The notes below the pieces were generated by a model, which did not search any database, was not told where the DNA came from, and worked only from the letters and a program-made list of their open reading frames with translations. Source: a virus. Taken from it: 64,000 nucleotides of DNA. Shown here one piece after another: positions 37,319-46,901 of the stretch. The stretch spans positions 45,094 to 109,093 of the IMG/VR virus record IMGVR_UViG_3300037805_000525; one strand, 5' to 3'. The first letter of the stretch is position 1; every line of letters begins with the position of its first letter. Position numbers and translations under genes: made by a program.

Positions 37319-38236
37319 ATGCGCAGACGTCTATGCGGGATCCCGTCGCTCGACGCACACGGCGGGCTGTCACCCGGCGTCGTAGAGCTCTACGGTGCTG
37401 CGGATGACTTCATGGATGAGACCGCGTGGTACCTAGTAGAGGCACATGACGGGCCGTGCGCCTGGGTGGCGGCCGCGGATTCGGATACCACCGGGATCTC
37501 GCGCACGGATGTGGCACACATACGGCCGGTTACTAGCGAGGCCGCCATCGAGGCCACAGACTTACTCCTGGGAGTTACTGGGATGTTGGTCGTGGTCGAC
37601 CGGATGACGGCGCTACCGCCACACGCATACATGCAGCAGCTGGAAGTGTTGGACAGGTACGAAGCGCAGATCAAACTGCTGTCGCACGCAATGATCATCT
37701 GGCGTGCGTCAGCTGAGGCGCACGGGTCCACGCTCATCCTGATCAATGAGCTGCGCTACTCCAGGGACAACGGAATTCGACCGTTCCTACCCGCCGCGAC
37801 AGCCGGGCGTACGTGCGCGCGGATACGCTGTAGGCGTGGGACGACCGAGGCACGCTACGAGCTCCCGTACATGTTGCGGGTGCATGTCGACTGGCAGGCC
37901 CACGGTACATTCGGGTCGTCTGAGCTAGAGTTCTTCGCAGGGAGGGTGCCATCACCAGGGTGGCAGTACTACAGGATACTGATCCCGCTTCCTTGCGTAG
38001 AGCGCAGGGGCACGTATTCGTCGTTCACGTTCGACGGGGAATCCGTGCGGTACGGACCAGGTAAGCTGGACATGGCCGACCAGATGGCCGCACACGGAAC
38101 ATTCGACAACATTCGTGAGTCTTGCCTGACTCACCTAAGGGAGCTTCATGAAATTCCGAATCACTATAACCAAGGCCGGCGACGTAAAGCAGGACATCGA
38201 AAACGTATCCGGGCAAAGCTGCCAAGGCGAAGGTGA
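37319..38236 (+). CDS. Degenerate RecA-like protein (probably ATPase-inactive)
   Basis: CGIPSLD..GGL..GVVELYG, LVVVD and TLILINELR RecA motifs, but the Walker A GKT is absent (YGAADDFMD). Confidence 0.65.
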   Translation: MRRRLCGIPSLDAHGGLSPGVVELYGAADDFMDETAWYLVEAHDGPCAWVAAADSDTTGISRTDVAHIRPVTSEAAIEATDLLLGVTGMLVVVDRMTALPPHAYMQQLEVLDRYEAQIKLLSHAMIIWRASAEAHGSTLILINELRYSRDNGIRPFLPAATAGRTCARIRCRRGTTEARYELPYMLRVHVDWQAHGTFGSSELEFFAGRVPSPGWQYYRILIPLPCVERRGTYSSFTFDGESVRYGPGKLDMADQMAAHGTFDNIRESCLTHLRELHEIPNHYNQGRRRKAGHRKRIRAKLPRRR

Positions 38237-38348
38237 GCGCTTCGCCAACCACATGATCGGTACTACGGGCCACATCGTGGACGAGACGCTCAAGCCCGAG
38301 TTCTACTTGGCTGAGGAAGAGGACGTCACGCAGGGCACGCTGGTATGA
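38148..38348 (+). CDS. DUF2997-like protein
   Basis: ITITKAGDV...ENVSGQSC...LKPEFY; AAGGGAG SD. Confidence 0.8.
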   Translation: MKFRITITKAGDVKQDIENVSGQSCQGEGERFANHMIGTTGHIVDETLKPEFYLAEEEDVTQGTLV

Positions 38349-38926
38349 CACCGGGCCCTAGCATCGCCGAGGTCAACGTCCCGGCGGCAGGTGCGCTCGG
38401 CGAGGGCGTGATCGCGACGGTACATTTTGACGGCTGCACCCTCGCGTGCGCTGGGTGCTGGAATAAACACCTTTGGCCGCACAAGGCGTGCGACGAGTCC
38501 CTGGGGTCTGTCGCTAAGGCCGTGGCTGCGAAGCTGGCTTGTACACGCCTTGACGGCATTGTATGGAGCGGTGGTGAGCCTCTCCAGTACCCCCACTTCC
38601 CAGCATTCTGCCAGCAGGTGCTAATCGAGCTCAACCGGCCTAAGGTGTGGACGTTTCTGTACACGGGCTACGCGGGCTGCGAGCTGCCGCGCATCCGCTT
38701 CAGCGACTCTGTCCTGCGGATGTGTGGTGTGGACGGGCTGTGTGGCGGGAGGTACAACCCAGAGAAGGTAGAAGGCGCACGCTGGCCAGCAACTTCAACG
38801 AACCAGGAGGTTGTGTGGCTCACCGACAGAGCGCGTGGGAAGCTGCGCAAGACCTCAGTGACCCGCATCACCGCAGCCACAACAACACAGCTCGGGGCTG
38901 ACGGCCCCCTGACGGAGGTACTATGA
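38345..38926 (+). CDS. Radical SAM protein (NrdG/activase-like)
   Basis: GCTLACAGCWN (CxxxCxxC), SGGEP, YTGY, STNQ. Confidence 0.85.
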   Translation: MTPGPSIAEVNVPAAGALGEGVIATVHFDGCTLACAGCWNKHLWPHKACDESLGSVAKAVAAKLACTRLDGIVWSGGEPLQYPHFPAFCQQVLIELNRPKVWTFLYTGYAGCELPRIRFSDSVLRMCGVDGLCGGRYNPEKVEGARWPATSTNQEVVWLTDRARGKLRKTSVTRITAATTTQLGADGPLTEVL

Positions 38927-39369
38927 GCCACCAGGTTAAGCTAGTCACGGCAATCGACGACATTGACGACCTTGAGACGATGCTCGAGGAAGTGTTCGGG
39001 CTGAAGTGCGTTCGCAACGGCATCGGCAAGGGCTACTACAAGAAGGATGTGGTCAACTACGACCTGATGCTGGTGTCCGACTTTAAGCGGGACTTCGGGT
39101 TCAGCGCGGTGGACGGGAAGATGCAGCTGCAGCTGGACAGCATGGACCATGGCCGCCTGGACGAGCTGCTGCGCGGTAAGGTCGACGAGGCGTACGCGCC
39201 CGTCGCACAGGTTGCCACCCGGTACAAGCCAATAGAGATGCTCACCATGTGCTACCAGGCGCACAAAGCAGTCACGTACCACGAGCAGCTCGGCCGGAGC
39301 ATTGAGATGTCAGTGCTTGGCGGCGTCCTGGAGATCGTTGCTGAGGACGCGGGGGCCGTTCGAATCTGA
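38923..39369 (+). CDS. DUF1257/Ycf35-like protein
   Basis: MSH...T.I.D...L...L, GY, DFGF pattern; sits in the AAA/DUF2997 cassette. Confidence 0.7.
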   Translation: MSHQVKLVTAIDDIDDLETMLEEVFGLKCVRNGIGKGYYKKDVVNYDLMLVSDFKRDFGFSAVDGKMQLQLDSMDHGRLDELLRGKVDEAYAPVAQVATRYKPIEMLTMCYQAHKAVTYHEQLGRSIEMSVLGGVLEIVAEDAGAVRI

Positions 39370-39384
39370 CAGCGCCTTCGGGCG

Positions 39385-39410
39385 GAGAGGCGCCCACGCG
39401 CCTCTTTTTT
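39385..39410 (+). terminator. Intrinsic terminator
   Basis: AGAGGCGC-CCAC-GCGCCTC followed by T6. Confidence 0.85.
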
Positions 39411-39424
39411 AGCGCACACCCAAT

Positions 39425-39439
39425 TATCACACTGTGATA
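39425..39439. promoter_or_regulatory. Palindromic site 10 (extends to AATTATCACACTGTGATAATT)
   Basis: Perfect palindrome upstream of the lysis-like genes. Confidence 0.85.
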
Positions 39440-39469
39440 ATTTGCTACGCACGTAACAGGAGGACAGTG

Positions 39470-39841
39470 ATGGTTTTTCTCACCCTCAAGAAGCTCGCGT
39501 CTAATGCATGGGATGGGCTACGCCAAGTGCCTGGGTGGTTAGTGTTCGTGGTGTTAGTCGCGTTCGCGACGCTGGCGTACCTGTACAGGAGGCAAGTGCT
39601 CCTGGTGCGCGTTGCGGAGATCCGACGCGAGGAGATGGACATAGAGCGCGAGCTTGCGGTCAGGCGCAAAGATGCGGCAGGCCGCGCAGATGCCCGCGTG
39701 GACGCGGCCGAAGTTGCGCTCAAGAAGCGCGTCAAGGAGATCACTGAGGTCAAGCTGAAGATCAACGCACAACGCGCTGAGGGGATTACGGGGCTAGCTG
39801 ACGCCTGGAACGAGCGTATCCGCAGGCGGCGTAAGTCGTGA
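39470..39841 (+). CDS. Inner-membrane spanin-like protein
   Basis: AGGAGG SD; N-terminal TM helix followed by coiled coil. Confidence 0.55.
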   Translation: MVFLTLKKLASNAWDGLRQVPGWLVFVVLVAFATLAYLYRRQVLLVRVAEIRREEMDIERELAVRRKDAAGRADARVDAAEVALKKRVKEITEVKLKINAQRAEGITGLADAWNERIRRRRKS

Positions 39842-40248
39842 GGGCGCTCACGCTACTACTTACGCTCAGTACGGCCCACGCACAAGTCGGCGGGCTACCC
39901 TGCGAAGAGGCCATCCCGATGACGGTACCGTGTGCCGGGATCCTGCTTCCCGAAGTGGACACGTACGAGGGCTTCGAGTGTCTTGAGGTGACCATCCCGG
40001 AGATGAAGGCGCAGACCGAGCACCGCGACCTCCTGCACGCGGTGGAGGTCAAGGAGCTCGCAGATAGCATCTTCGCGTGCGAGGACGCGCGCGCGAAGAC
40101 TAAGGCGCTCCTAAAGAAGGCCCTCGGGACGGTACCCGTGCCCCCGAAGGAGCCCTGGTACCGCGCAACGTGGGTGGAGGTGACTGTAGTGGTGGGTGCG
40201 TTTGTTCTGGGCGGGGTCGCGGTTCATTACATAAAGAAGGCCGACTAG
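39838..40248 (+). CDS. Exported protein with C-terminal TM anchor (spanin partner-like)
   Basis: Signal peptide ending AHA, four Cys, coiled coil, C-terminal TM. Confidence 0.5.
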   Translation: MRALTLLLTLSTAHAQVGGLPCEEAIPMTVPCAGILLPEVDTYEGFECLEVTIPEMKAQTEHRDLLHAVEVKELADSIFACEDARAKTKALLKKALGTVPVPPKEPWYRATWVEVTVVVGAFVLGGVAVHYIKKAD

Positions 40249-40257
40249 AGGTGTGGC

Positions 40258-40563
40258 CTACTCGGGCTTGAAGTTTTCAAGGTAGGCGCGCACTTTGGCA
40301 TAGATGATCGTAGAGAACATCCCACCAACACCGCCAGCACACAGCCGAAGAAGGCTGAAGTCCGCATCTGACGACTCCGGAATGAGGCCAATTGCCAACC
40401 CAAAGCTGATCGCCGCCACGCGAATCAGCCAGTCGCTCATCCACTCAGCGAGGAATCGCTTGAATAGCGGCTTCACCATCTCGACGCCGAAGCCGGCAAA
40501 CAAGCCGGCAACCACTACAAGCTGGAGGGCGGCGCCGTAGTTGTCTGGTCGTAGTATCTCCAT
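40258..40563 (-). CDS. Holin-like membrane protein
   Basis: 101 aa, three hydrophobic helices, charged C-terminus. Confidence 0.6.
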   Translation of the reverse strand: MEILRPDNYGAALQLVVVAGLFAGFGVEMVKPLFKRFLAEWMSDWLIRVAAISFGLAIGLIPESSDADFSLLRLCAGGVGGMFSTIIYAKVRAYLENFKPE

Positions 40564-40968
40564 TCAATCTCCCAGTAGTTTGTGCATGGCGTACCCGCCG
40601 AGCGTGAGAGCGCCTAGGTGCTTCAGCGCACGCACGCGGTTGAGTACACGAAGTGGCTTTGTCGAAGCCTCGTACCCGCGTACTGCGTGCAGGTCAGCAA
40701 GCGCGCGACCACCTATGTGAGCGCCGATATTCCGGGTGGTGGACGAGCCGCCACCCGGCGCCAACGTCCCAAAAACGCCTGCGAGCTGTGCGCCGCGGCC
40801 GCCGTGGGACAAGCTGCGCTTTAGTGGCGCCACCTCGGAATACCCAAGGCGGCGGCCGAGACGCGTCCCGCCGAGCGCTTCCGTACCAGCGTCCAGGCGC
40901 TGCAGCAACTTGTTACGCAGAATGGCCTGGTAGGACTTCTGCAGTTCGGTGGGTGCGTCAGGCGGCAT
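40564..40968 (-). CDS. Basic Gly-rich protein with hydrophobic C-terminus
   Basis: 134 aa; composition like the other putative internal head proteins. Confidence 0.55.
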   Translation of the reverse strand: MPPDAPTELQKSYQAILRNKLLQRLDAGTEALGGTRLGRRLGYSEVAPLKRSLSHGGRGAQLAGVFGTLAPGGGSSTTRNIGAHIGGRALADLHAVRGYEASTKPLRVLNRVRALKHLGALTLGGYAMHKLLGD

Positions 40969-40979
40969 GGGTGTACTTT

Positions 40980-41759
40980 CTACGCGAGGCGCGGACCGTT
41001 GTACCCGCCGGTCTCGTCAGGCGCGTTGAATGTATCAACGAGGCCGACGGACGACAGGTTGATGGGCTGCATGCGCTCAAACTGGATGGCAGTGGACTCC
41101 TGTACAAGGAGGCCGCTGGAATCGAAGCCGAAGCTGTGGTTGGGCACCATGCAGGACTCAAGGTAGAACGCGCCGTAGTTGTTGAGCTCGTTGTCCTTCA
41201 AAAGGACGAACATGCCGAACGCCTGATCGAACAGGTCGGACGCCAGGTTCACGAACAAGTTGTTGTACCCCGGCGGGATACGCACCGAGTGTAGCCCATT
41301 TTTACGCACGCCAGCGGCGGCAGGGTTCGGCTGCGTGGTGAACGGGGTCGTTCCTGCGCCACCGGTCTCGATGAGCGGACGAACCTGGAAGGCGCCGGCA
41401 GCGGAGTCGCCGCGCGTGTCGTAGTACGAGTACAGCGCCCGAAGGAGCGAAGGACCGTGGTACATCGGGCGACTGAGCGACGCCTGTCCAACGGTCCGCC
41501 CGCTGAACGGGTACGACCGGCTCGAGCCGATCTCGAACAGGCGAAGCACCGACTTGTTCATCCCAAGGTTGAAGCCTTGGGCGAGTGCGACGGGGTTGAC
41601 CATCGTGTTGGCGGCATCGCCGGCGGCGTCACCAATCTGGTTGTAGAAGGGCGGACCAACACAGATCAGCGCGTGCTTCGCGCTGATGTAGTTGTTGTCG
41701 GGCAACCCGCCCTGGACGTGCTGCCCGTAAGAGCGCCATCCGTTCATTCCTTGGGCCAT
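40980..41759 (-). CDS. Tail tube protein
   Basis: RLFEIGS.RSY...GRT.GQ.SL.R...HGPSL and FYLESC...HS...QESTAIQFE motifs; follows the sheath gene. Confidence 0.8.
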   Translation of the reverse strand: MAQGMNGWRSYGQHVQGGLPDNNYISAKHALICVGPPFYNQIGDAAGDAANTMVNPVALAQGFNLGMNKSVLRLFEIGSSRSYPFSGRTVGQASLSRPMYHGPSLLRALYSYYDTRGDSAAGAFQVRPLIETGGAGTTPFTTQPNPAAAGVRKNGLHSVRIPPGYNNLFVNLASDLFDQAFGMFVLLKDNELNNYGAFYLESCMVPNHSFGFDSSGLLVQESTAIQFERMQPINLSSVGLVDTFNAPDETGGYNGPRLA

Positions 41760-41809
41760 ATCAGAAGCTCCTTAGGCAGCTCGTTCAGTTTGGACTGCGC
41801 AGTCCGGTA

Positions 41810-42448
41810 CTAGACCGCGGCGCTGAAGGTGTAGCCGAGGGCGGCGATCCCACCAACGGCGGCGACCACAAGCGTGGTGGCGCCTTCCGCGAAGATCGTG
41901 AACCCTGCGATTCCGATGTTCGCGGCGGTTGCGACGGCATCCACCGGCGCGACCGTGATCTTCGGCGTATCGAGCGCGTACATGTTGGTGTAGCTGACGT
42001 TGAGGGCGATCTGCAGCGCCTCAGCAAGCGCAGCAGTCGCGGTGTGGATGTTCGTGATGCCGCCGCCGCCGGCGTCAAACTTGACAATGCCGCCGTCGTA
42101 CTTGATCACGCCGCCGCCGCCGCCGATGTAGCCGAGGACGCTAGCGACGAGCTTCCCGTCCAGTGTGACGGTGAACCCGTCCGTGTCGGCGAGCGCAGCG
42201 GCGGCGTCGAAGAGCGGATCGGCCGCCGGTAGCGCGAGGGTGACCGTGGACGTGAGGCCAACTCCGGCGACCGGGCCCGCCTCAAGCGCGGTGATACGCC
42301 CGGTGGCGTTATCGATCTCGACCTCGGCCGCGACGAATCCGGAGTCAACGTCGGAACGCAGGTCATCGATCGCTTGCCCGAGTACGCCGGTGCGGTGTGC
42401 CTGGCCGGAGGGCTTGCGCTGTGCGCCAAAGTTACGGCTGTCGCCCAT
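41810..42448 (-). CDS. Putative virion structural protein
   Basis: 212 aa, Ala/Gly/Thr-rich with short N-terminal coiled coil (RITALE); strong GC3 bias; between sheath and tube. Confidence 0.55.
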   Translation of the reverse strand: MGDSRNFGAQRKPSGQAHRTGVLGQAIDDLRSDVDSGFVAAEVEIDNATGRITALEAGPVAGVGLTSTVTLALPAADPLFDAAAALADTDGFTVTLDGKLVASVLGYIGGGGGVIKYDGGIVKFDAGGGGITNIHTATAALAEALQIALNVSYTNMYALDTPKITVAPVDAVATAANIGIAGFTIFAEGATTLVVAAVGGIAALGYTFSAAV

Positions 42449-42578
42449 GATGGGTACCTCGTAGTAATGCGCGGCGAAGGTGCTGCGCTCAAGACGATTC
42501 TACGAGGTATGAGGGGGTGGGCAAACGTGCGGTGGGTCTTTGTGGAGTGGGGGGCGCTTACAGCGCCCCCGGTCCCCC

Positions 42579-45500
42579 CTAGAACTGCAGCTCGACGTCG
42601 ATGCCGTCCAACGCGTCCCAAGGTGTGACCCGGACGACCACCTCAATGCGGCCGCGCTCGGTAGGCGATGCCTGCAGGCTAATGATCTCGAAGCCCTGCA
42701 CGCGGTTGCCTTCACCACTGTACTTCTGCTGCAAGCTGCCCAACGCCAAGCTGAGCAGGTCCATCGTGTTCCCGGTCAGGTTCTTGCCGACCATGAACCC
42801 AGTGCCGATCCGGTAGATCAGGTTGGACATGAAGTCTACCTGCCGGGTCACGCCGGGCTGCCGGGTATCCGCGTCGGACAGGTCCGTCGTGAGGGCGTGC
42901 CGGATGATCACCGGGCCGTTGGTGCTGTCCTGGATGAGCCAGCAGATGCCGCCCCCCGCCGCGAGGGCCATCTGGCCCCGCTCAACGAAGACGTCACTCG
43001 AGCCGAGCACACGGGAGAACCCCTGAAGGACGTAGCCCGTCAGGTTCTTCTCGGGGTCGGTGGACGCGATGACAGCTGCGAGTGCGGCAGCCGCGTAGAA
43101 GCCAGGAACGATCACATCCTGGCCGGCGTAGCTGGTGACGAGCAACTCTGGCTGGAGCGCCCACATGCGGCGACTGCCGAGACCGGTACCCATGTCGGAG
43201 AGCGCCTGGCAGATGAGCCCGCGCCCCGTCGAGGTGGTCTTGTCCAAAGCACCCTGTCGGATGTTGACCGACGTCGTGTCGCCGTCGGCCGGGAATACCG
43301 CGAGGTACTCCGAACCAAGGTTGTAGAAGGCGTCGTCGTTCCCGTCGCTGCCCGGGCCGCTACCGGGGTTGAACGCGTCGGTCAGGTCGATCTGGATCGT
43401 GCTGGCGCTGACGAGCGCAGACACCCGGTAGCGGTACGCGTCGCCACCAAAGTCCAGGTAGATCCCCTGTGCGGGCGAGTAGACCTCGCCGATGCCACCA
43501 ACGATTGCGACACCATCGGCACCAATCAACCCGTTGAGTGCCAACGCGAGGTTGACCCCCACCTCGGTGAACTCGAGGTTGTACTTCGACCCACCGACCG
43601 ACTCGGCTGTAGCCACGCCGGAGAACGCGAGCAGCGGAGTCTTCTCGGTCGGCATGTCGAAGGTTGCGATTGCCGTGCGCCAGCGGTGCTCCGACGCGGT
43701 GGACATCGCCTCGACGTGCACCTTGTACAGGCCAGCGATCTGCTGGTCCGTGGTCAGTGGCGCGAGGACGTAGGCGTCCTTCGTCTCCAAGAACTCCAGC
43801 GCGCGCTGGTGGGACTCGTAGGTGCCGTAGGGCGCGTCCGCCGTGACCTCGTCGATGCCCAACGCCTGGATGTTGGTCGTGACGTTGTTGGCGAACGCGA
43901 TCGACAGCGCGAACGCGAGGGGGTTCTCGGGGCTGATGGGCCCAAAGAGTGCGTCGACCTCAGCCAGGCTATTGAACGACCACAGGACCGGGTCGGAACC
44001 CGAGGCGCTGGCGTCGAGGCGGAGAGCCTTGTACCCGATGTAGACCGGGTTGAGTGCGCCGAGGATGGCGAACCCTGCGGCGTCTCGAACGGCGCCGGCC
44101 TTGACCACGAACAGCTCCACGGCGTCGTACGGGACGACCTCGGCAGCCATTGGGGGGCTGTCCTCGTCGAGCTTGTACGAGCGGCTGTACCAGCTGGTCA
44201 GCTCGGCGCCGGCCTGGACCGAGTACTCGCTCAGCACGAGGACGGCACCCGAGTAGGTGTTGCCGCCCACCACGTGGTCTTCGATCCCAACAATGCGCCC
44301 GAGCACGCTGCCGTTGTCGTAGAGCATGTCGCCAGCCACGAGTGCCTCGTGGCCACCCGAGAACAGGTAGTTCTCGTAGGTGTGCAACGCGCCGCTGATG
44401 TTTGGTGCGCCCCGGCGGTAGTCCACCCCGAGCGTGGTGGTGCCCGACACTGCGTACAGCGTGGCTGCGAAACCCGCAACCGACCCCTGCAGCGACAGCT
44501 GGATGTCACGCGCCTGGTAGTCGAAGGAGCTCGCCGCGGACAGGCACATGCCCGTCAGGTCGACGTAACTGGTCGGCGAGAGGCCCGCAGGCAGCACGCA
44601 GTTCGAAAGCGAGTTCGAGATACTCTCTACGCGGAGAGCAAAGTTCGTGCCCGCATCGGTGATCACCGCGTCCACGCCGGACACGTTCGTCGCGTACGTA
44701 TCGAACAGCGTGTTGTCGATCGCGAAAATCGACGCAGCGGTCCCGACTTCGGTGAGCTCGAACTGTTGGCCGGCGGTGTCGGTGATGCTGTGCAGCACCA
44801 GGTACGAGACACCGTTGATGGTGGCCTCCGCAAACATCATGTAGCTGTCTAGGATCGCGTTCTTTGCCAGCCCTGCGCCTGCACCGTTCAGCGCCGCAAC
44901 CAGCGCGGTCAGCGTGATGCCCTGCCAGGTGACTGTCAGCGTGTCCGTCAGCAAAGGCGCAGGCATGCTGATCACCAGATCGAGTGCGCCTGCGTCCACC
45001 ATGGACAGGAGCGCCGGGTCTGAGATCGGGATGAAGATGGCGCCGCCAACCTTCGCATTCGTGAGCTGGAACACGGTGGAGCCCTGAACGAGCCCCTGCT
45101 CCATCGGAATGGCGGCCTGCGTGTTGATCTCTGTCGAGGACAGGGTCAGCTCGTGGATGCGTCCGTTGACGTCAAACACGGGTGACAGCGCTGCGACGGC
45201 GTACGACTCGGAGCCCGCGTACGAGCCGCCGAACAGCTTCTCGAACACAATGCTGTTCGAAGCGCGGAGCGCGATCGACGTGTCCCGTGTCGTTCCGCCA
45301 AGGGAGACGATGCGGAGCACATCGACCGACGATGCGCCCGTGTCGCCCGCCGCGACGCTGTGGGACGGGAACACCGCGTCGATCGAAGCGGTTGCGCCGA
45401 CGAGACCCGCGAGGGCCACAGTCGTGATGGCGCCAGACAACACGAAGCGCTGCCACTCGCCGCCGTCGACAGACACCTCGAGCCACTGGCCCTCGACGCC

Positions 45501-46820
45501 GAGCGCAGCCGCTGTGTCCGCAATCCCGACCTTCACGCAGCCGAGCACTCCAGCGCCGACCGTGAGGCCCTGCCCGAAGTTGACTGGGTCGGACCCATTG
45601 TTCAGGTAGAACGAGCGCGCGGGCGCGTCGTCCATGAAGTGCGTGCCCGCCGCGTCAGCGTGGTACGTGACCGAGACGGCCATGTGCAGTGCCTGGTCGA
45701 GCCCAGTCGCCGTAGCGATCGCGGTGGCGAGGTCCTCGAAGTACGGGCCAGAGCCGTTGTTGTCACCCTTGGTGATGGTGAGCGTAGACCCCGCCCACGC
45801 CGCGGACACGGTCCCTGCGAGAGGGGCGCCGCCGTCGACAAACGCGACTTGCAGCGCGTTTCCGTCGTCCCCCACGTAGTTGCCAGCGGTGTTGTCATCC
45901 GCGAGGCGGCCGAGACCCTGTGCGGTGGCCGTGAGGTAGTTGTTCCCGCTGACGTCCGGGTAGACCACGGAGCCTCCGAGAAACGACTCTCCCAGAGGGA
46001 TGATCACACTGGCGTCGTTCCCCAGGTGGAGTACACGGTTCGTGGACGGCCCAAGCTGCTGGAGCCCGTGCAGCGCCGACCGGGCGTTGCCGAGCGCTGG
46101 CGCTTCGCGGCGGTCCGTGGCCACGTTTACAACGTGCGAGGGACCGCCGATGTGCGAGTTCACGTTGATCGCGCTGTCCTTGGACAGCTGCGAGATGACC
46201 CGGTTGGACAGGATGTACATCTCTGCGGCGTCTGCGTCGAAGACGATGTCGTCTCGGTCGGCGAGGGGCGAGGGCACGGAGTTGTACGGGATCTCCAGGT
46301 TGATGCCCTCGTACCCGTCCTTGCCGAACACCGCGTCGTCAACGTCGGCGGTGAGGTTGAGCGCGGCGTACGCGCTCACGGCGGGCGGCGGCACAGTGAT
46401 CAGCTTGATCGACGCGGACGAACCCTTTGACACGGTCTCGAGGACCAGCTTGCCGTCGGAGATCTGGGCGGTCACGCCGGACAGTGCGGCGCGGATGGTG
46501 GACAGCACCAAGTTGTGTGCGAGTCCGACGCCGCCGATGGTGTTGGGGAAGTTCACGGCGACGGCGGGGTTACCGTTCACCGACACCAGGAGCGACGCGC
46601 CCGCGACGAGCACAGGCTCAGCGATCGCGACCGAGGAGATCACGCGGGCTGCGGCGGTGACCAACGCGTCCACGTTCGCGGAGCCGTTGGTGTCGATGGG
46701 GGCTACGATCTGATACAGCGCTCCGACGATGCAGGCTGGCTGCGTGGGGTCCGCGACGGTCACTTCGTCAGGTACGTTGACCTGGGTGACCAGCGTGGAG
46801 GGCCTCTGTAGTTCCGACAT
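42579..46820 (-). CDS. Tail sheath protein (very large, with inserted domains)
   Basis: 1413 aa; N-terminal RP...Q...P.CIVG, FGP....NPLA, ALEFLE..D.Y.LAPLT, C-terminal IRHALTTD and IEVVVRV..W.AL..I.V sheath motifs. Confidence 0.85.
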   Translation of the reverse strand: MSELQRPSTLVTQVNVPDEVTVADPTQPACIVGALYQIVAPIDTNGSANVDALVTAAARVISSVAIAEPVLVAGASLLVSVNGNPAVAVNFPNTIGGVGLAHNLVLSTIRAALSGVTAQISDGKLVLETVSKGSSASIKLITVPPPAVSAYAALNLTADVDDAVFGKDGYEGINLEIPYNSVPSPLADRDDIVFDADAAEMYILSNRVISQLSKDSAINVNSHIGGPSHVVNVATDRREAPALGNARSALHGLQQLGPSTNRVLHLGNDASVIIPLGESFLGGSVVYPDVSGNNYLTATAQGLGRLADDNTAGNYVGDDGNALQVAFVDGGAPLAGTVSAAWAGSTLTITKGDNNGSGPYFEDLATAIATATGLDQALHMAVSVTYHADAAGTHFMDDAPARSFYLNNGSDPVNFGQGLTVGAGVLGCVKVGIADTAAALGVEGQWLEVSVDGGEWQRFVLSGAITTVALAGLVGATASIDAVFPSHSVAAGDTGASSVDVLRIVSLGGTTRDTSIALRASNSIVFEKLFGGSYAGSESYAVAALSPVFDVNGRIHELTLSSTEINTQAAIPMEQGLVQGSTVFQLTNAKVGGAIFIPISDPALLSMVDAGALDLVISMPAPLLTDTLTVTWQGITLTALVAALNGAGAGLAKNAILDSYMMFAEATINGVSYLVLHSITDTAGQQFELTEVGTAASIFAIDNTLFDTYATNVSGVDAVITDAGTNFALRVESISNSLSNCVLPAGLSPTSYVDLTGMCLSAASSFDYQARDIQLSLQGSVAGFAATLYAVSGTTTLGVDYRRGAPNISGALHTYENYLFSGGHEALVAGDMLYDNGSVLGRIVGIEDHVVGGNTYSGAVLVLSEYSVQAGAELTSWYSRSYKLDEDSPPMAAEVVPYDAVELFVVKAGAVRDAAGFAILGALNPVYIGYKALRLDASASGSDPVLWSFNSLAEVDALFGPISPENPLAFALSIAFANNVTTNIQALGIDEVTADAPYGTYESHQRALEFLETKDAYVLAPLTTDQQIAGLYKVHVEAMSTASEHRWRTAIATFDMPTEKTPLLAFSGVATAESVGGSKYNLEFTEVGVNLALALNGLIGADGVAIVGGIGEVYSPAQGIYLDFGGDAYRYRVSALVSASTIQIDLTDAFNPGSGPGSDGNDDAFYNLGSEYLAVFPADGDTTSVNIRQGALDKTTSTGRGLICQALSDMGTGLGSRRMWALQPELLVTSYAGQDVIVPGFYAAAALAAVIASTDPEKNLTGYVLQGFSRVLGSSDVFVERGQMALAAGGGICWLIQDSTNGPVIIRHALTTDLSDADTRQPGVTRQVDFMSNLIYRIGTGFMVGKNLTGNTMDLLSLALGSLQQKYSGEGNRVQGFEIISLQASPTERGRIEVVVRVTPWDALDGIDVELQF

Positions 46821-46901
46821 GGTGTACCTCTCAAGGTGGTGCCTGCTAGGCGACGCTGTTGATAGGATACTTCATGCGGGCGGGGGCGCACAGGGCGCGA
46901 C

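Noticed and set aside
42540-44852. 770-aa plus-strand ORF (also 45360..46430)
   Set aside because: Antisense shadow of the high-GC3 tail sheath gene; no SD or protein-like motifs
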